Shown here piece after piece: positions 44,601 through 54,317 of a stretch of 64,000 nt of DNA; within the stretch, counting starts at the first letter, position 1, and each line of letters begins with the position of its first letter. This stretch comes from Rhynchopus sp. YZ270_cl-10 (lineage: Eukaryota). The DNA is taken from positions 186,001 to 250,000 of the forward strand of contig OZ037834.1 in NCBI GenBank assembly GCA_964035575.1, written 5' to 3'. The notes beneath the pieces are model-generated. The model saw only the letters and a list, made by a program, of their open reading frames with translations. It did not search any database and was not told the origin of the DNA. Position numbers and translations under genes: made by a program.

Positions 44601-47600
44601 CTACATCGGAGTGGAATGGAATCTAGGTACAAACACGTTTCGCTTCCCACAAGAATGGCGTGATGCTGCGCGCGAAAAGTTCACCGCTTTTGCTTACTCT
44701 CCGAGGGAACACACAGTGAGGGAACTCTGGAACATCTTCGGCATCACTCTGCGCGTTCTGCATGTATGCGGCACACCGCTGTGCTTCTTCCCCCAGATGA
44801 TGGAAAGGATGAAGATGTGGGCAAAAGCGATAGCCTCTGGTCCGCTGGAATGGGACAGCGTAGTCAGGACCCCGGACGCCCTGGTAGCGGAGATTACCGA
44901 AGGAACGAGGCGTGCGCTTGGGTGTGATTCATGGATGTCTCTCCCCCCAAAATTCGAATTTTACGGCACGGTCATTTTTACTGACGCGTCGACGACGGGA
45001 TGGGGGGTGGTGGTCCAGAAGTGGGGCGACCCGCAGGTGCACGAATACTGGGGAAAGTGGGAGAAAAAGCACACGCACAAGGAAATATTCCAACTAGAGG
45101 CCGCGGCGGTGGCAAAAGGGATGGCGTACGGAGGTGGCAACGAGAAGGAAGGGGTGCTGTTGTTCGTGGACAACGACGCGCTGGCGATATGTTGTGAGAC
45201 AGGGAGGTCACGCGTGCGCTTGGTGAACAGTGTGCTCTCTTCTGTGTTTACACAGATTGAGCGCGCCGCTTTGCAGACGCAGTGGATCTCGACGAAGGTG
45301 ATGCCAGCGGATGAACCTTCCCGCAGAGCAGGGTCCGGCCACGCCATTCGTGCACCTGGACAAACACCGCGAGTGGACCTGCACTTCAAAGTGGGGAACC
45401 AGGGATTTTTTATTTAGGGGTCACGGGTCAAGGGGGTCACAGTGGATGAGAAAGAATCGAGTAGAGTAGTAGTAAAAGGGTATAATCGTGATACCTCTCT
45501 TCCCCCACAACAATACATAAACGAACCTCCACCCTGTTTTTTCCCGACCCAAAACTTTTTCATCTTGTTTTTTCGACAACTTCACACCTTTTTTCACCTA
45601 CAGGAATAGTATCTAGATTTCTCTCTCAAGTACGAAGTAAGGAGCTATAGCTACGACTTGAGAGATCTAGATAATACTATTCCAAAAATGAATGCTTCTA
45701 CCCTTTTTTGATTCTTAAACAATACCACTTCAGCGGAGCTGAAGGTTGGAAGGGGAGGGGGGGATGGTTAGGGACACAAAAATCACTCATCTTCATCAGA
45801 AAAATTCTTGTTTTTTGCTCCCCTACCCAACTTACCTCTCTTCCCCCACAACAATACATAAACGAACCTCCACCCTGTTTTTTCCCGACCCAAAACTTTT
45901 TCATCTTGTTTTTTCGACAACTTCACACCTTTTTTCACCTACAGGAATAGTATCTAGATTTCTCTCTTCCCTCTTCCCTCTTCCCTCTTCCCTCTTCCCT
46001 CTTCCCTCTTCCCTCTTCCCTCTTCCCTCTTCCCTCTTCCCTTTTCCCTCTTCCCTCTTCCCTCTTCCCTCTTCCCTCTTCCCTCTTCCCTCTTCCCTCT
46101 TCCCTCTTCCCTCTTCCCTCTTCCCTCTTCCCTCTTCCCTCTTCCCTCTTCCCTCTTCCCTCTTCCCTCTTCCCTCTTCCCTTTTCCCTCTTCCCTCTTC
46201 CCTCTTCCCTCTTCCCTCTTCCCTCTTCCCTCTTCCCTCTTCCCTCTTCCCTCTTCCCTCTTCCCTCTTCCCTCTTCCCTCTTCCCTCTTCCCTCTTCCC
46301 TCTTCCCTCTTCCCTCTTCCCTCTTCCCTCTTCCCTCTTCCCTCTTCCCTCTTCCCTCTTCCCTCTTCCCTCTTCCCTCTTCCCTCTTCCCTCTTCCCTC
46401 TTCCCTCTTCCCTCTTCCCTCTTCCCTCTTCCCTCTTCCCTCTTCCCTCTTCCCTCTTCCCTCTTCCCTTTTCCCTCTTCCCTCTTCCCTCTTCCCTCTT
46501 CCCTCTTCCCTCTTCCCTCTTCCCTCTTCCCTCTTCCCTCTTCCCTCTTCCCTCTTCCCTCTTCCCTCTTCCCTCTTCCCTCTTCCCTCTTCCCTCTTCC
46601 CTCTTCCCTCTTCCCTCTTCCCTCTTCCCTCTTCCCTCTTCCCTCTTCCCTCTTCCCTCTTCCCTCTTCCCTCTTCCCTCTTCCCTCTTCCCTCTTCCCT
46701 CTTCCCTCTTCCCTCTTCCCTCTTCCCTCTTCCCTCTTCCCTCTTCCCTCTTCCCTCTTCCCTCTTCCCTCTTCCCTCTTCCCTCTTCCCTCTTCCCTCT
46801 TCCCTCTTCCCTCTTCCCTCTTCCCTCTTCCCTCTTCCCTCTTCCCTCTTCCCTCTTCCCTCTTCCCTCTTCCCTCTTCCCTCTTCCCTCTTCCCTCTTC
46901 CCTTTTCCCTCTTCCCTCTTCCCTCTTCCCTCTTCCCTCTTCCCTCTTCCCTCTTCCCTCTTCCCTCTTCCCTCTTCCCTCTTCCCTCTTCCCTCTTCCC
47001 TCTTCCCTCTTCCCTCTTCCCTCTTCCCTCTTCCCTCTTCCCTCTTCCCTCTTCCCTCTTCCCTCTTCCCTCTTCCCTCTTCCCTCTTCCCTCTTCCCTC
47101 TTCCCTCTTCCTGAAACACGCTTTAGCGGAGCAGCTTCGCTGCGTGTTGGGAGATCTTTGATAGAGACTACCGTCCTTTTGATTTGACATGGCACGCACA
47201 CTGCTATTTGGCAGAATATTTATTTGATTTTCCTCAGGCTTTGTCCTGGTTGGCCGGGGTCCGTTTATGTTTCAGTCTCTACCCTCTTGTTTCGGCTTCC
47301 ACATTCGCCCCCCTCATCGTAGCGCCTATTTCGAGATAAAAGTATCCCCCTTCCCTCCTCTCCGTTTTCATCATTGCTGTTCGCCCTTCGCGGGTCTTTT
47401 AGGTACTCTCTATCTATCTCAGATCTCCCCTCTTCCCTCTTCCCTCTTCCCTCTTCCCTCTTCCCTCTTCCCTCTTCCCTTTTCCCTCTTCCCTCTTCCC
47501 TCTTCCCTCTTCCCTCTTCCCTCTTCCCTCTTCCCTCTTCCCTCTTCCCTCTTCCCTCTTCCCTCTTCCCTCTTCCCTCTTCCCTCTTCCCTCTTCCCTC

Positions 47601-48972
47601 TTCCCTCTTCCCTCTTCCCTCTTCCCTCTTCCCTCTTCCCTCTTCCCTCTTCCCTCTTCCCTCTTCCCTCTTCCCTCTTCCCTCTTCCCTCTTCCCTCTT
47701 CCCTCTTCCCTCTTCCCTCTTCCCTCTTCCCTCTTCCCTCTTCCCTCTTCCCTCTTCCCTCTTCCCTCTTCCCTCTTCCCTCTTCCCTCTTCCCTCTTCC
47801 CTCTTCCCTTTTCCCTCTTCCCTCTTCCCTCTTCCCTCTTCCCTCTTCCCTCTTCCCTCTTCCCTCTTCCCTCTTCCCTCTTCCCTCTTCCCTCTTCCCT
47901 CTTCCCTCTTCCCTCTTCCCTCTTCCCTCTTCCCTCTTCCCTCTTCCCTTTTCCCTCTTCCCTCTTCCCTCTTCCCTCTTCCCTCTTCCCTCTTCCCTCT
48001 TCCCTCTTCCCTCTTCCCTCTTCCCTCTTCCCTCTTCCCTCTTCCCTCTTCCCTCTTCCCTCTTCCCTCTTCCCTCTTCCCTCTTCCCTCTTCCCTCTTC
48101 CCTCTTCCCTCTTCCCTCTTCCCTCTTCCCTCTTCCCTTTTCCCTTTTCCCTTCCCCTTTTCCCAAAGTAACGCGCCCTTCCTCTCCAACCCCCACGTCT
48201 ACAAAACTATCAAGCAAAATTAAACAGAGCACAAAATCACTTTCAAAACATACAAAAAAAAAAACATTTTTCAAACTCCCCCCCTTCTCCCACAGGATTC
48301 ACTGTGTACTTTGAGGTGCAACGTGTCACTACCCAACGTCTTACCACTTTGGAGATCGTTTGGAGGTCTATGGAATTTGAGGCGCACAACTCCACAAAGG
48401 TGATCGACGAGCCGCTTCCGTTAGACTTTTCTACATACTCTGACTACTTCAACCGGCATCATGGGAAGATGCGCACGGAGCAGACATGGTGTGCGGGCTG
48501 TGAGACAAATGTCACGCAGATTGAACGGTGTCAGAAGTATTTTGTCAAGTCAAACACGAAGCCTGATTACTACGCCGCCATCTGCCCGAAGGACAGCGAA
48601 ACCACAAAGTTCCCTGTTGGTCAAGGGGTCGCAGTGCTTCTTGTTGGGATTCTATTCGGTGCTGCGTTCGCGGTCATTATCATTCGCATGCAGGCGAACA
48701 GAAAGGCGCCCATCGTTGCCTCAATGAACAACCCAGGACCCATCGGGGCAATTCCAGCAACCCTCAGCCCGACCCCCGCGCAACGTCCAGCACAGAGTCG
48801 AGCGAAGGGAACACCCCCACCCCTCTCCAAAGGAGTGCCGCCTGGTATCACCGGGTCCACAAAAGGACCCCTCCCCGAAGTCCCTAGGCCAGGGATAGCA
48901 ATACCTATGGACGATGATGATGACATGGTGAACGTTCCCATCGAGATGGAAGACGACGTGGCAAACCCCTAG
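38635..48972 (+). CDS. Membrane-bound histidine acid phosphatase family protein, 3 exons (38635-39447, 39841-39892, 48296-48972), 513 aa
   Basis: Signal peptide, RHGDR motif, LTPQG and SSGFDRTISSG. GTATG donors at 39448 and 39893, CAG acceptors at 39840 and 48295. Exons join in frame (HYPTL|MAFMNLIGLDVKGVPGF|GFTVYFE). C-terminal TM helix and Pro-rich tail. Confidence 0.85.
39958..40848. repeat. (CTCTTCC)n satellite, tract 1, intronic
   Basis: Near-perfect 7-mer array. Confidence 0.97.
41079..42164 (+). CDS. Gag-like ORF1 of the retrotransposon, 361 aa
   Basis: ATG immediately after repeat A1. Helical charged protein with a basic Gly/Asn-rich C-terminus. Assigned by position. Confidence 0.7.
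   Translation: MSFHNILEEFLNAPKKEFSFTHSGISENWLKGAPDSLKSNFKSCKCTGELVGMVWECFGDLEELEIATARKVCETLTRTEPGSWDSVADRRIALFVPAAYKAMGEEDFGKALEDGDLPSSPDVNVAGPDGTDDEAKKEERRTFSLRPISASPAPRSAAGGGVSAVSQLFDKCLKEEEEEEEAKKEGTLLVPLPTQSSGVPNLVKRDSAKWAALDASGRAELVALIRTELVPGKAGDARDAALMLTDIVAILLRGGTVDQVLEKCLVGILFFNLREEKGIRAAKKFQSTVEVEESTGTKLKSALLAADKAGTKYGNGNGNGNGNGYQGRSRAPKRKAETQGNRTNAEGTSHFRRFNTGSRRF
42109..45417 (+). CDS. Reverse transcriptase / RNase H with a long N-terminal extension overlapping the YR gene
   Basis: RT motifs VFTTPKK..HRTIIDGR, DMKGWFHQF, LPMGW, YLDD, YIG. RNase H motifs FTDASTTGWG, IFQLE, FVDN, PADEPSR. Confidence 0.93.
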   Translation: MRREPLIFVASTQAADASEAPVPGHFGEVETAPVPGSLSEHTVPVPGHISEHTVSVPEHLNHTVPIPTHIKQKAPVPGHLKLSVPVPGPALENREVPVPGRISEHTVPVPGHPKEREEAPVPGHTSEQSVPVPGHTHGGKIPVSKHITHKVPVPGLAHKSDKVPAPGHKKQNDPAPEQRRGCTDYGPGHTKAIRGYADTSSRTSTNVSTTKGERDAKDGDNAEVDERDHVFYYAQRKGVGKADSAKAILGRDTVIRDRTLHLLQKPEPTATLQNFRCGEPSRRMQAERGDMPVRMVVTGERKPEVRSELHRKTMQIPNAGRTQGGSDQAGTSFQKSTHPTVHLHPSQPRSSRQDGGHQRRTSFSDCEGAGRLGRDVSHSLGDSVQDTGPAFPHERGRSRNGGRGRCDEGGVGNLCERQRADDLVACGVHATRSAYSNRRGVLEEAAQGGMRVRGGRSAVREGEEGDTGSDARRRMVTLHKTRSSTGDGWGAGGGRGEHTCGDNATGPPPQKRLYNSVLFGRVESQKTSGADEAAEAAAVKHQDAILSDMIEHLSRRYEERADRVEEDVGSSFGYMSLQPNAPGKRDKLDSFPKGTLAVDRLRELAVGAKQDTEFLKWITDPEAIPKAQTKHISVPGPKSDLRPSFVQQCLKAGVIQQLRRQEKAQGMVAVFTTPKKDPHIHRTIIDGRPINQAMQKPPKFSLFSPPDLSKKLRKVGARFGCVVDMKGWFHQFRLCEETASFFVFRNGTTWYKWTRLPMGWAYAPLVAQRGSEALVGEMLQWAAVYLDDILIVGCSVEECTARTKLLLERIAYVGGEINTAKSSLSPSPVVIYIGVEWNLGTNTFRFPQEWRDAAREKFTAFAYSPREHTVRELWNIFGITLRVLHVCGTPLCFFPQMMERMKMWAKAIASGPLEWDSVVRTPDALVAEITEGTRRALGCDSWMSLPPKFEFYGTVIFTDASTTGWGVVVQKWGDPQVHEYWGKWEKKHTHKEIFQLEAAAVAKGMAYGGGNEKEGVLLFVDNDALAICCETGRSRVRLVNSVLSSVFTQIERAALQTQWISTKVMPADEPSRRAGSGHAIRAPGQTPRVDLHFKVGNQGFFI
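42224..43726 (+). CDS. Tyrosine recombinase (first ATG at 42662)
   Basis: Catalytic set R (TRCRIPDL), K (KDK), H-x-x-(K)R (HSTKRGAAQ), H (LRHKN), Y (TTLFYL). Confidence 0.88.
   Translation: MNTQSLSQGTLANTQSLSQSTSITLSPSQHISNKKPLSQGTSNSRSLSQGQHSKIEKSLSQGALANTQSRFQGTPKNVKKPLFQGTRVNNQSPSRGTHTVEKSLFQSTSPTKSLFQGSRIRATKSLPQGTKSKTTQPQSSGEDAQTMAQGTPKRSGDTQTPPPAPPPTFPRRKGNEMRKTETTQRLTNETTFFTTRNGKELGKLIQQKLSWDEIPLYATAPSTFSKNQSLLRRFKTFAAENLPGECKLSEAICRFAWWSLGSANPKSVANYIGKLCKSLMQEGHKGVRTKQVLLFKRALIRLSTYIRPNRALPVKTGDIKGALRSLIAKGREDSAAMLATAWVTRCRIPDLRFLTSEDVREMGGGDDVTKVGLGIFAKDKGRMTWSPAVYMPPGPLTAIAVGFWRKQLRGVCVFGGEGRQYERVKREIREAMPGDAWLHSTKRGAAQEMDGALVGDEENTHAETMQQALRHKNASTTLFYLDELNPRKRQAQTKLLRPLQ
45964..47111. 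repeat. (CTCTTCC)n satellite, tract 2
   Basis: Near-perfect 7-mer array with occasional CTTTTCC units. Confidence 0.97.
47112..47427 (+). mobile_element. Putative solo A-B repeat of a second, divergent YR retroelement in the same satellite
   Basis: 316-bp insert between satellite tracts. GGGAGATCT..GATAGAGACTACC about 40 nt from the left end is complementary to GGTACTCTCTATC..AGATCTCCC at the right end, the same layout as A/B of the full element. Confidence 0.6.
47428..48145. repeat. (CTCTTCC)n satellite, tract 3
   Basis: Near-perfect 7-mer array decaying to CTTTTCC at the right end. Confidence 0.97.
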
Positions 48973-49751
48973 GATCTTTTTTGTTGTGCCTTCTCTTCAG
49001 TAGAATAGACAGGATATGAAATAATTTTTTGAAAAAAATGTGATTTGTTTTTATTCTATTGTCACTTCTTTCGCAGTTGAGGATGGGGAGGGAGGGGGGG
49101 AAATGACCTTGCAGTTTTCCCTGGTAACAAACTCCCAAAGTGCAACACCCCCGAGGGGGGGTTTGGTAACCCCCGCGGAGTGTTTAAAAAAAGTGTGTCC
49201 TGCGTCTCAAAGGCGTTTTTGCACTATCAACGTTACTTTGTTCTATGTCTGAAGTCAGATTCTGTTTTTTTTTTGTTTTTGTTTCAAGATGGCTAATAAG
49301 AGAAGTTTAGTATTCATCGTATCAATGTTAAACGATGTGTATGTAGTGAAAAAAAAATGTTGAAAGAGGTGTACATACCATCTTCAATCCCCCTTTTTTT
49401 TTGTGGGGGGGTATTGAGAGGGGAGGGGTTAGTTGGAAAAATAGAGGGAAAAGGAAAGTGGAGATTTGCACAAAAACTATGGCAACACTATGGCAACACA
49501 ACCCCGAGGCAACTACAAGTACTCCAAAAATTTATCAAAAGAAAAAAAAAAAAGAAATTGAACAAAAGAAAACCACCCAAAAAAAAATGACCACCTGATT
49601 AAAATTTTTTGCCTGAAATGTGGTGTTTAGTGGAGTTTTTGGGGTTTGCCGTGATCGTAAAAATGGTCGACCGTAAAAAAGGTCGAACTTCCAGAAAAAA
49701 ATCCTGGACAGGTCGAACATTATTACGGTCGATAATTTTTGTACGAATACG

Positions 49752-49917
49752 CATACTTCGTGGTCCGCCTGAGTCCGCCAAAAAAAATCCCACCAAAGAC
49801 CCCACCCGAGTTGAGTCCGTCTCAACTCGGGTGGACTCGAGACGGACTTTCAAAGTCCGCCATAGTCCGTCTCAACTCAGGCAGACTCCGGCGGACTCAG
49901 GCGGACCACGAAGTATG
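49752..49917. mobile_element. MITE with a 6-bp TSD, nested in a CCGT-type MITE
   Basis: TIR CATACTTCGTGGTCCGCCTGAGTCCGCC. AATACG on both sides. Confidence 0.8.
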
Positions 49918-51569
49918 AATACGGTAATTGTCATTGTAGCATGTTCTTTAGTCTAGTAGTCCAATGTGCATTGCGTCTGAGACGGTGTTTTGCACTGTCA
50001 AAAAACTTATACACCCCCTTTTCTTAGGTGACTAAGGCACGGAGAGGCTTACGTTCATCTAAAAAAACTTTTCTTTATTTTTTTTAGAATGCAATTTTAT
50101 CCTTTCCCACCTCCCCCTTTTTGTTATGTTCGCAGGTAGTTAGTTTGATGGCTCAAGGGGTGGTGCTATTTTCTGCTATTTTTTTGGGGTCGTCGGCCAC
50201 ACCATAGTTGTCAAGAGTGAGGGAGCGTTTTTTTTTCTTGTGACAACTGCCTTGCAAAGGTTGTAGGGGAGGAAATGAAAACATATCTGAGTTGTGCCCG
50301 AATTTTTTGGTGTGAGCGATGTAAACACGACACAACTTATTCACAGAAAAGTTTTTGATTTTGTCCCTACACACTCCACAAAAATCCGGTGCGATCAACG
50401 AAAAATTCTTTTTCTGATTTCGTTTCTTTCTTTATCAGACTAGCTTAAACTCAGATAACAGTTTTTATTTCTTCTCTCAATTCTGTTTCTTTTCTTTTTT
50501 TTTGGGAAATTCTCACTGATTCCCTAATACACCTTTCCCCCCTCCCAATACCCATTATCGTGCTATTGCTGTGTTATTGCATGCCTTAGTCCCCAGCCGG
50601 GTAGTTCCTTCAGGAATATTTTTGCCGACACAGCCCAACTGCTGTGTTCGTTTATGTGAATAGTACAATACCCCCCAAAAAAATACTTTGGCTTCTAACT
50701 AGACTGGGGGAACGCCTGAACGGAGTATAGCCCACGTCGTGTTTGTGTGTATGTTTGCTAATGGGTAACTATGGGCAATTCTTGCGCAGAATATGGACCC
50801 CAGTGTTTGTGTGTATGTGGGAGAGGCTAGCCAATCTACCCATGCGTTTTTCAAGTATTTTTTTAAAAAAAATTCTTTAAAATCTAGACTGCGAATTAGA
50901 AGTAAGCTGGCAAGAGGGGGTGGGGCTAGGGGGGGACGGTTGACATTCGCAAAAATTAAAATCAATATAGTGGAGTTCATCCTCGGGTGTCTACACTAAT
51001 ACAACCAAGTTTTCAAAATAAATAAAACAAAAACGAACAAATGAAAAGGTGTAGCGGAACACATCCTTCGATTGGTGGCTTCATTGCAAACCAACCCAAA
51101 TTGCTTGACCTAGCGCACAGCTTCTTCCGATCAAGCGTCTTGCTAGCAAAATGATAACATGCAGTATGTGGAGCTCGTCCTTGGGTGTCTACCTAAAAAG
51201 TGACAATTGCGTAAAAAAGCAAAGCCCCTCAATCAGTCTACCTAAAAAGTTTAAAACAAAATTTCAAAGAAAAAAGTAGAGTGGAGCACACTCTAGTGTG
51301 GCTACACTAATACAACCAAGTTTTCAAAAAAGAAAAAAAAAATAGTGAAGATTGTCTGAATGCGGCTTTTCTAACCAGATTATCAAAAGAAATAAAAGAA
51401 ATCCAATTTTTCAAAATAGACTATAAGTGTGGCCATATGTGCGTTTGTGTGTTTTTCATTTTTTTTTTTTTTTTTCACCCCCTTTTTTATAACCCCGCGT
51501 AGATCTGTTGCCCTACGTCCACAGAGGCGTTTTGCACTTCAAAAACTCACCATTTTTTTTTGTGTTCAT

Positions 51570-52922
51570 TATACATAGCGCTCCAATTAGACTCTAACTA
51601 GATAATTAGAGTCGGCAGTTCGAGTATAATTAGAGTCTTTAAAACTCTAACTGAACTCTAATACTCTAACTGGACTCTAATTAGAGTCTAATTAGAGTCC
51701 TATAAGAGGGTCAATAAAGAGGGGCACATCAATCAATGCTATAGCCATCAACCCAGGGGGCATAGCTAGTGCAAGAAATTCGACTTTGTAATCCAGATAG
51801 TCTGTTCTCTGCTTGCAGAGAACCAGACACAAGAAAATATTGTTTGTTCCCCCAGAAAACCAGTGCACAATTCACACTCCTTGTGGATGGTCTTGTTGCC
51901 TTTTTAGCACAGGAATTTTGGCCCAGGGGCATGCACTTGAAGCATGGCTATTTAGTGTGTATGGGGCAGTGTTGTTTTGTTATGAATTCTCTTTTGGTAT
52001 TGTCGATCGCGGGTAGTTGTTCAACGCGAGGCTTGGATCTCTCCTGGGTTCATAAGTAGTATTTCTTCGGCTGAAATGAACGTATGCTCGCTATAGATTT
52101 CCCGTCAACACAGCCTTTGATACTGGGATTACCCCTTCGACCCCTTAGTGGTAGTTAAATTCGATTGATATTTACATTCCTAGAGATGAAAGCAAGATAC
52201 CACTTCTGTACCCGCGCATCAACATTTGTAGAAAATTTTGCACCCCAAACACCTTCAATAATGCCCGCCAAAAGGCGCCCCTTGTTGCTGGGAGTTTCTC
52301 ATGTTTGATACCTGCACAGCAGGCATTCCTCTGAGTCCAACGCTGCTTGGCCTGTCTGCGGCGTTGCACCGGAGGTGCACATAGAGTTTTTGCATCGCAT
52401 TCCCTAATGTACGGGGCACACACACTTGAGGGCATGTGCCACTGCGCGGGTCTGAGTACCTGGGTACCCATAGCTGAGAATAAGCCGGGTCCCGAGTCCC
52501 GGTACTGGGTACTAGGTACAGTAGGACTAGGACTAGGCCCCCACCCTCCCGCGACCGGGTCCCCGACCCGCTTTCAGGCGGACCACAGCGCCTTCACATA
52601 TTGTGTCCCAGTCCGGCTGAGAACTCGGTTCCCCAAGTCTTATTTTCAGCTATGTGGGTATCTGGGCACCTGGGTCCTACAGAGGAACCTTAGGGGAACC
52701 GGTTCCTTACGGCGTTTGCACCTACAAGAAGCCTGTTGTTTTACTCTAATTAGACTATAATTAGAGTGTAGTTAGAGTCTAATTATGCTCTAACTGCACT
52801 CTAATTATAGTCTAATTGAAGAAAAGCGACTCTAATTATACTCTAACTGGACTCTAACTGACTTGGCCCAAAATCCCAGACTCTAATTATACCCTAATAC
52901 TCTAATTAGAGCGCTATGTATA
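51570..52922. mobile_element. Non-autonomous TIR element with ACTCTAATTAGAGT subterminal repeats
   Basis: TIR TATACATAGCGCTC(C/T)AATTAGA. GTTCAT flanks at 51564-51569 and 52923-52928. Nested inverted-repeat element near 52455-52675. Confidence 0.75.
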
Positions 52923-53238
52923 GTTCATTGTGTTTAAATATGTTACCACTAGGTGCGTGCAGAAAAACAGAAAAAAAAACAATCATAGCAAAAAACACAA
53001 CGTTGCAACTTTTTTTTCTTTTCCAGTGATATTTTCCTTCCAACCAGACCCTGCATTTCACTGAGGCTTACTTCATTTGCGTACCCCGATGATTCTTTCA
53101 TCATGCGGAAATGTCTGATGTCAACCACGAAATGGATGTAAGCCTGCATGGTAGGGAGTCGACCCCTTCAGGTTCACCCGGTCATTTGTACCAAAGGTAG
53201 GACGTAGGTACACTGTCAAGAAGAGGGCTTTTTTTTTG

Positions 53239-54317
53239 TATTTTATTACCGCTTGAGACCATGAATTTCACGCCCCTTACTGGGGGGGGGGCGAATAAGA
53301 GATCAGGGGTGAATAAGAGATCAGGGCCGAATAAGAGATCAGGTTGAGATTTTGGGGGTATTTTTTTTTTTTTTTTTTGCATGCGCCAGGGTTTTATCTT
53401 GAAATTTTTTTTTGAAATTTTACCCTGTCTACCCGGTCTGGCAAAAAAGTGGTCAAAATATTTTTTTTGCCTCCGGCGAAAATGTCTTTTTGCTTTTTTT
53501 CCCCCAAAAAATTTTTTTTATTTCTGGCTCGTCCGTTCGCCTAATAAGAGATGCCACATCTCTTATTCGCCCCCCCCCAGTAACAAAATCGTTAAGAGGG
53601 GCGTGTAATTTATTTTCCAGTATTACACGCTCGAAAAATAAATTACACGCTCAGAAAATCGTAGAACTGAACTCTCGAAAAAATTTTTTGGAGGCCTTTG
53701 GAGGCCCAATTTTGCAATTAAAGCCAGAAAAGAGCCATTTTGAGCCATTCTAGGGGTCTCAAACGCATTTTTGAGTTAATTTTCTGTAACACACAAACCA
53801 CGGATTCACACGTTTTTTTTTCAAATTTTCATCAAAAAATCCCAAATGAGACCTCCAAAACGTGTGAGGGCACCTTTGGAGAGTGAGTCCGACACGAGCA
53901 CAAGTGTCATCACACATGACGGGGATGTCCCCATGGCACAAACACCACACATACCGGGGGGGTATGGTGGGGGGTCACAGTGAATATCAACATCGGTGAT
54001 ATCCTAGCTAAAGTTCTGGCTCAAGACGCCGTCCAGCGCTAAGAGGCCCGCATAAAAAAACTGGATCAAAAGTCATCATCAAAAGTACCCCCACCCTCTT
54101 CTCTTTGTACGCGTGAAAACGGGTTGTGAAATTCATGGTCTCACTTGGTGATAAAATAACATATTACCGTGAATTTATACCAGTATTTCACTTACAGGTG
54201 GAAACAGCCCTCGGGGTAGCATTTTTGCCCTCGGGCTTCGCCCTCGGACAAAAATGCTGCCCCCTCGGGCTGTTTCCACCTGTGCGTGAAATACTGGAAT
54301 ATAAATTCACGGTAATA
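53239..54317 (+). mobile_element. Third Crypton-like element (inverted-repeat body plus terminal palindrome)
   Basis: 33-bp inverted repeats (53239-53271 / 54126-54158), then a palindrome 54162-54317 with CCTCGGGCTTCGCCCTCGG at the apex. Nested MITE near 53268-53608. Confidence 0.5.

Larger units (their letters stand above)
40845..45967 (+). mobile_element. Intact tyrosine-recombinase retrotransposon (DIRS order, VIPER/Ngaro-like) with split direct repeats
   Basis: A1 40845-41074 = A2 45621-45850 (230 bp). B1 45492-45626 = B2 45833-45967 (135 bp). Order is A1-gag-YR-RT/RH-B1-A2-B2. No conventional TSD; a CTCTCT core is present at both ends. Confidence 0.95.

Noticed and set aside
39958..48145. 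Telomeric repeat or chromosome end
   Set aside because: The tract is internal, lies within an intron, and is not TTAGGG-like.
39915..48274. PSSLFPL and REEGRGK ORFs
   Set aside because: Translations of the (CTCTTCC)n satellite inside an intron.
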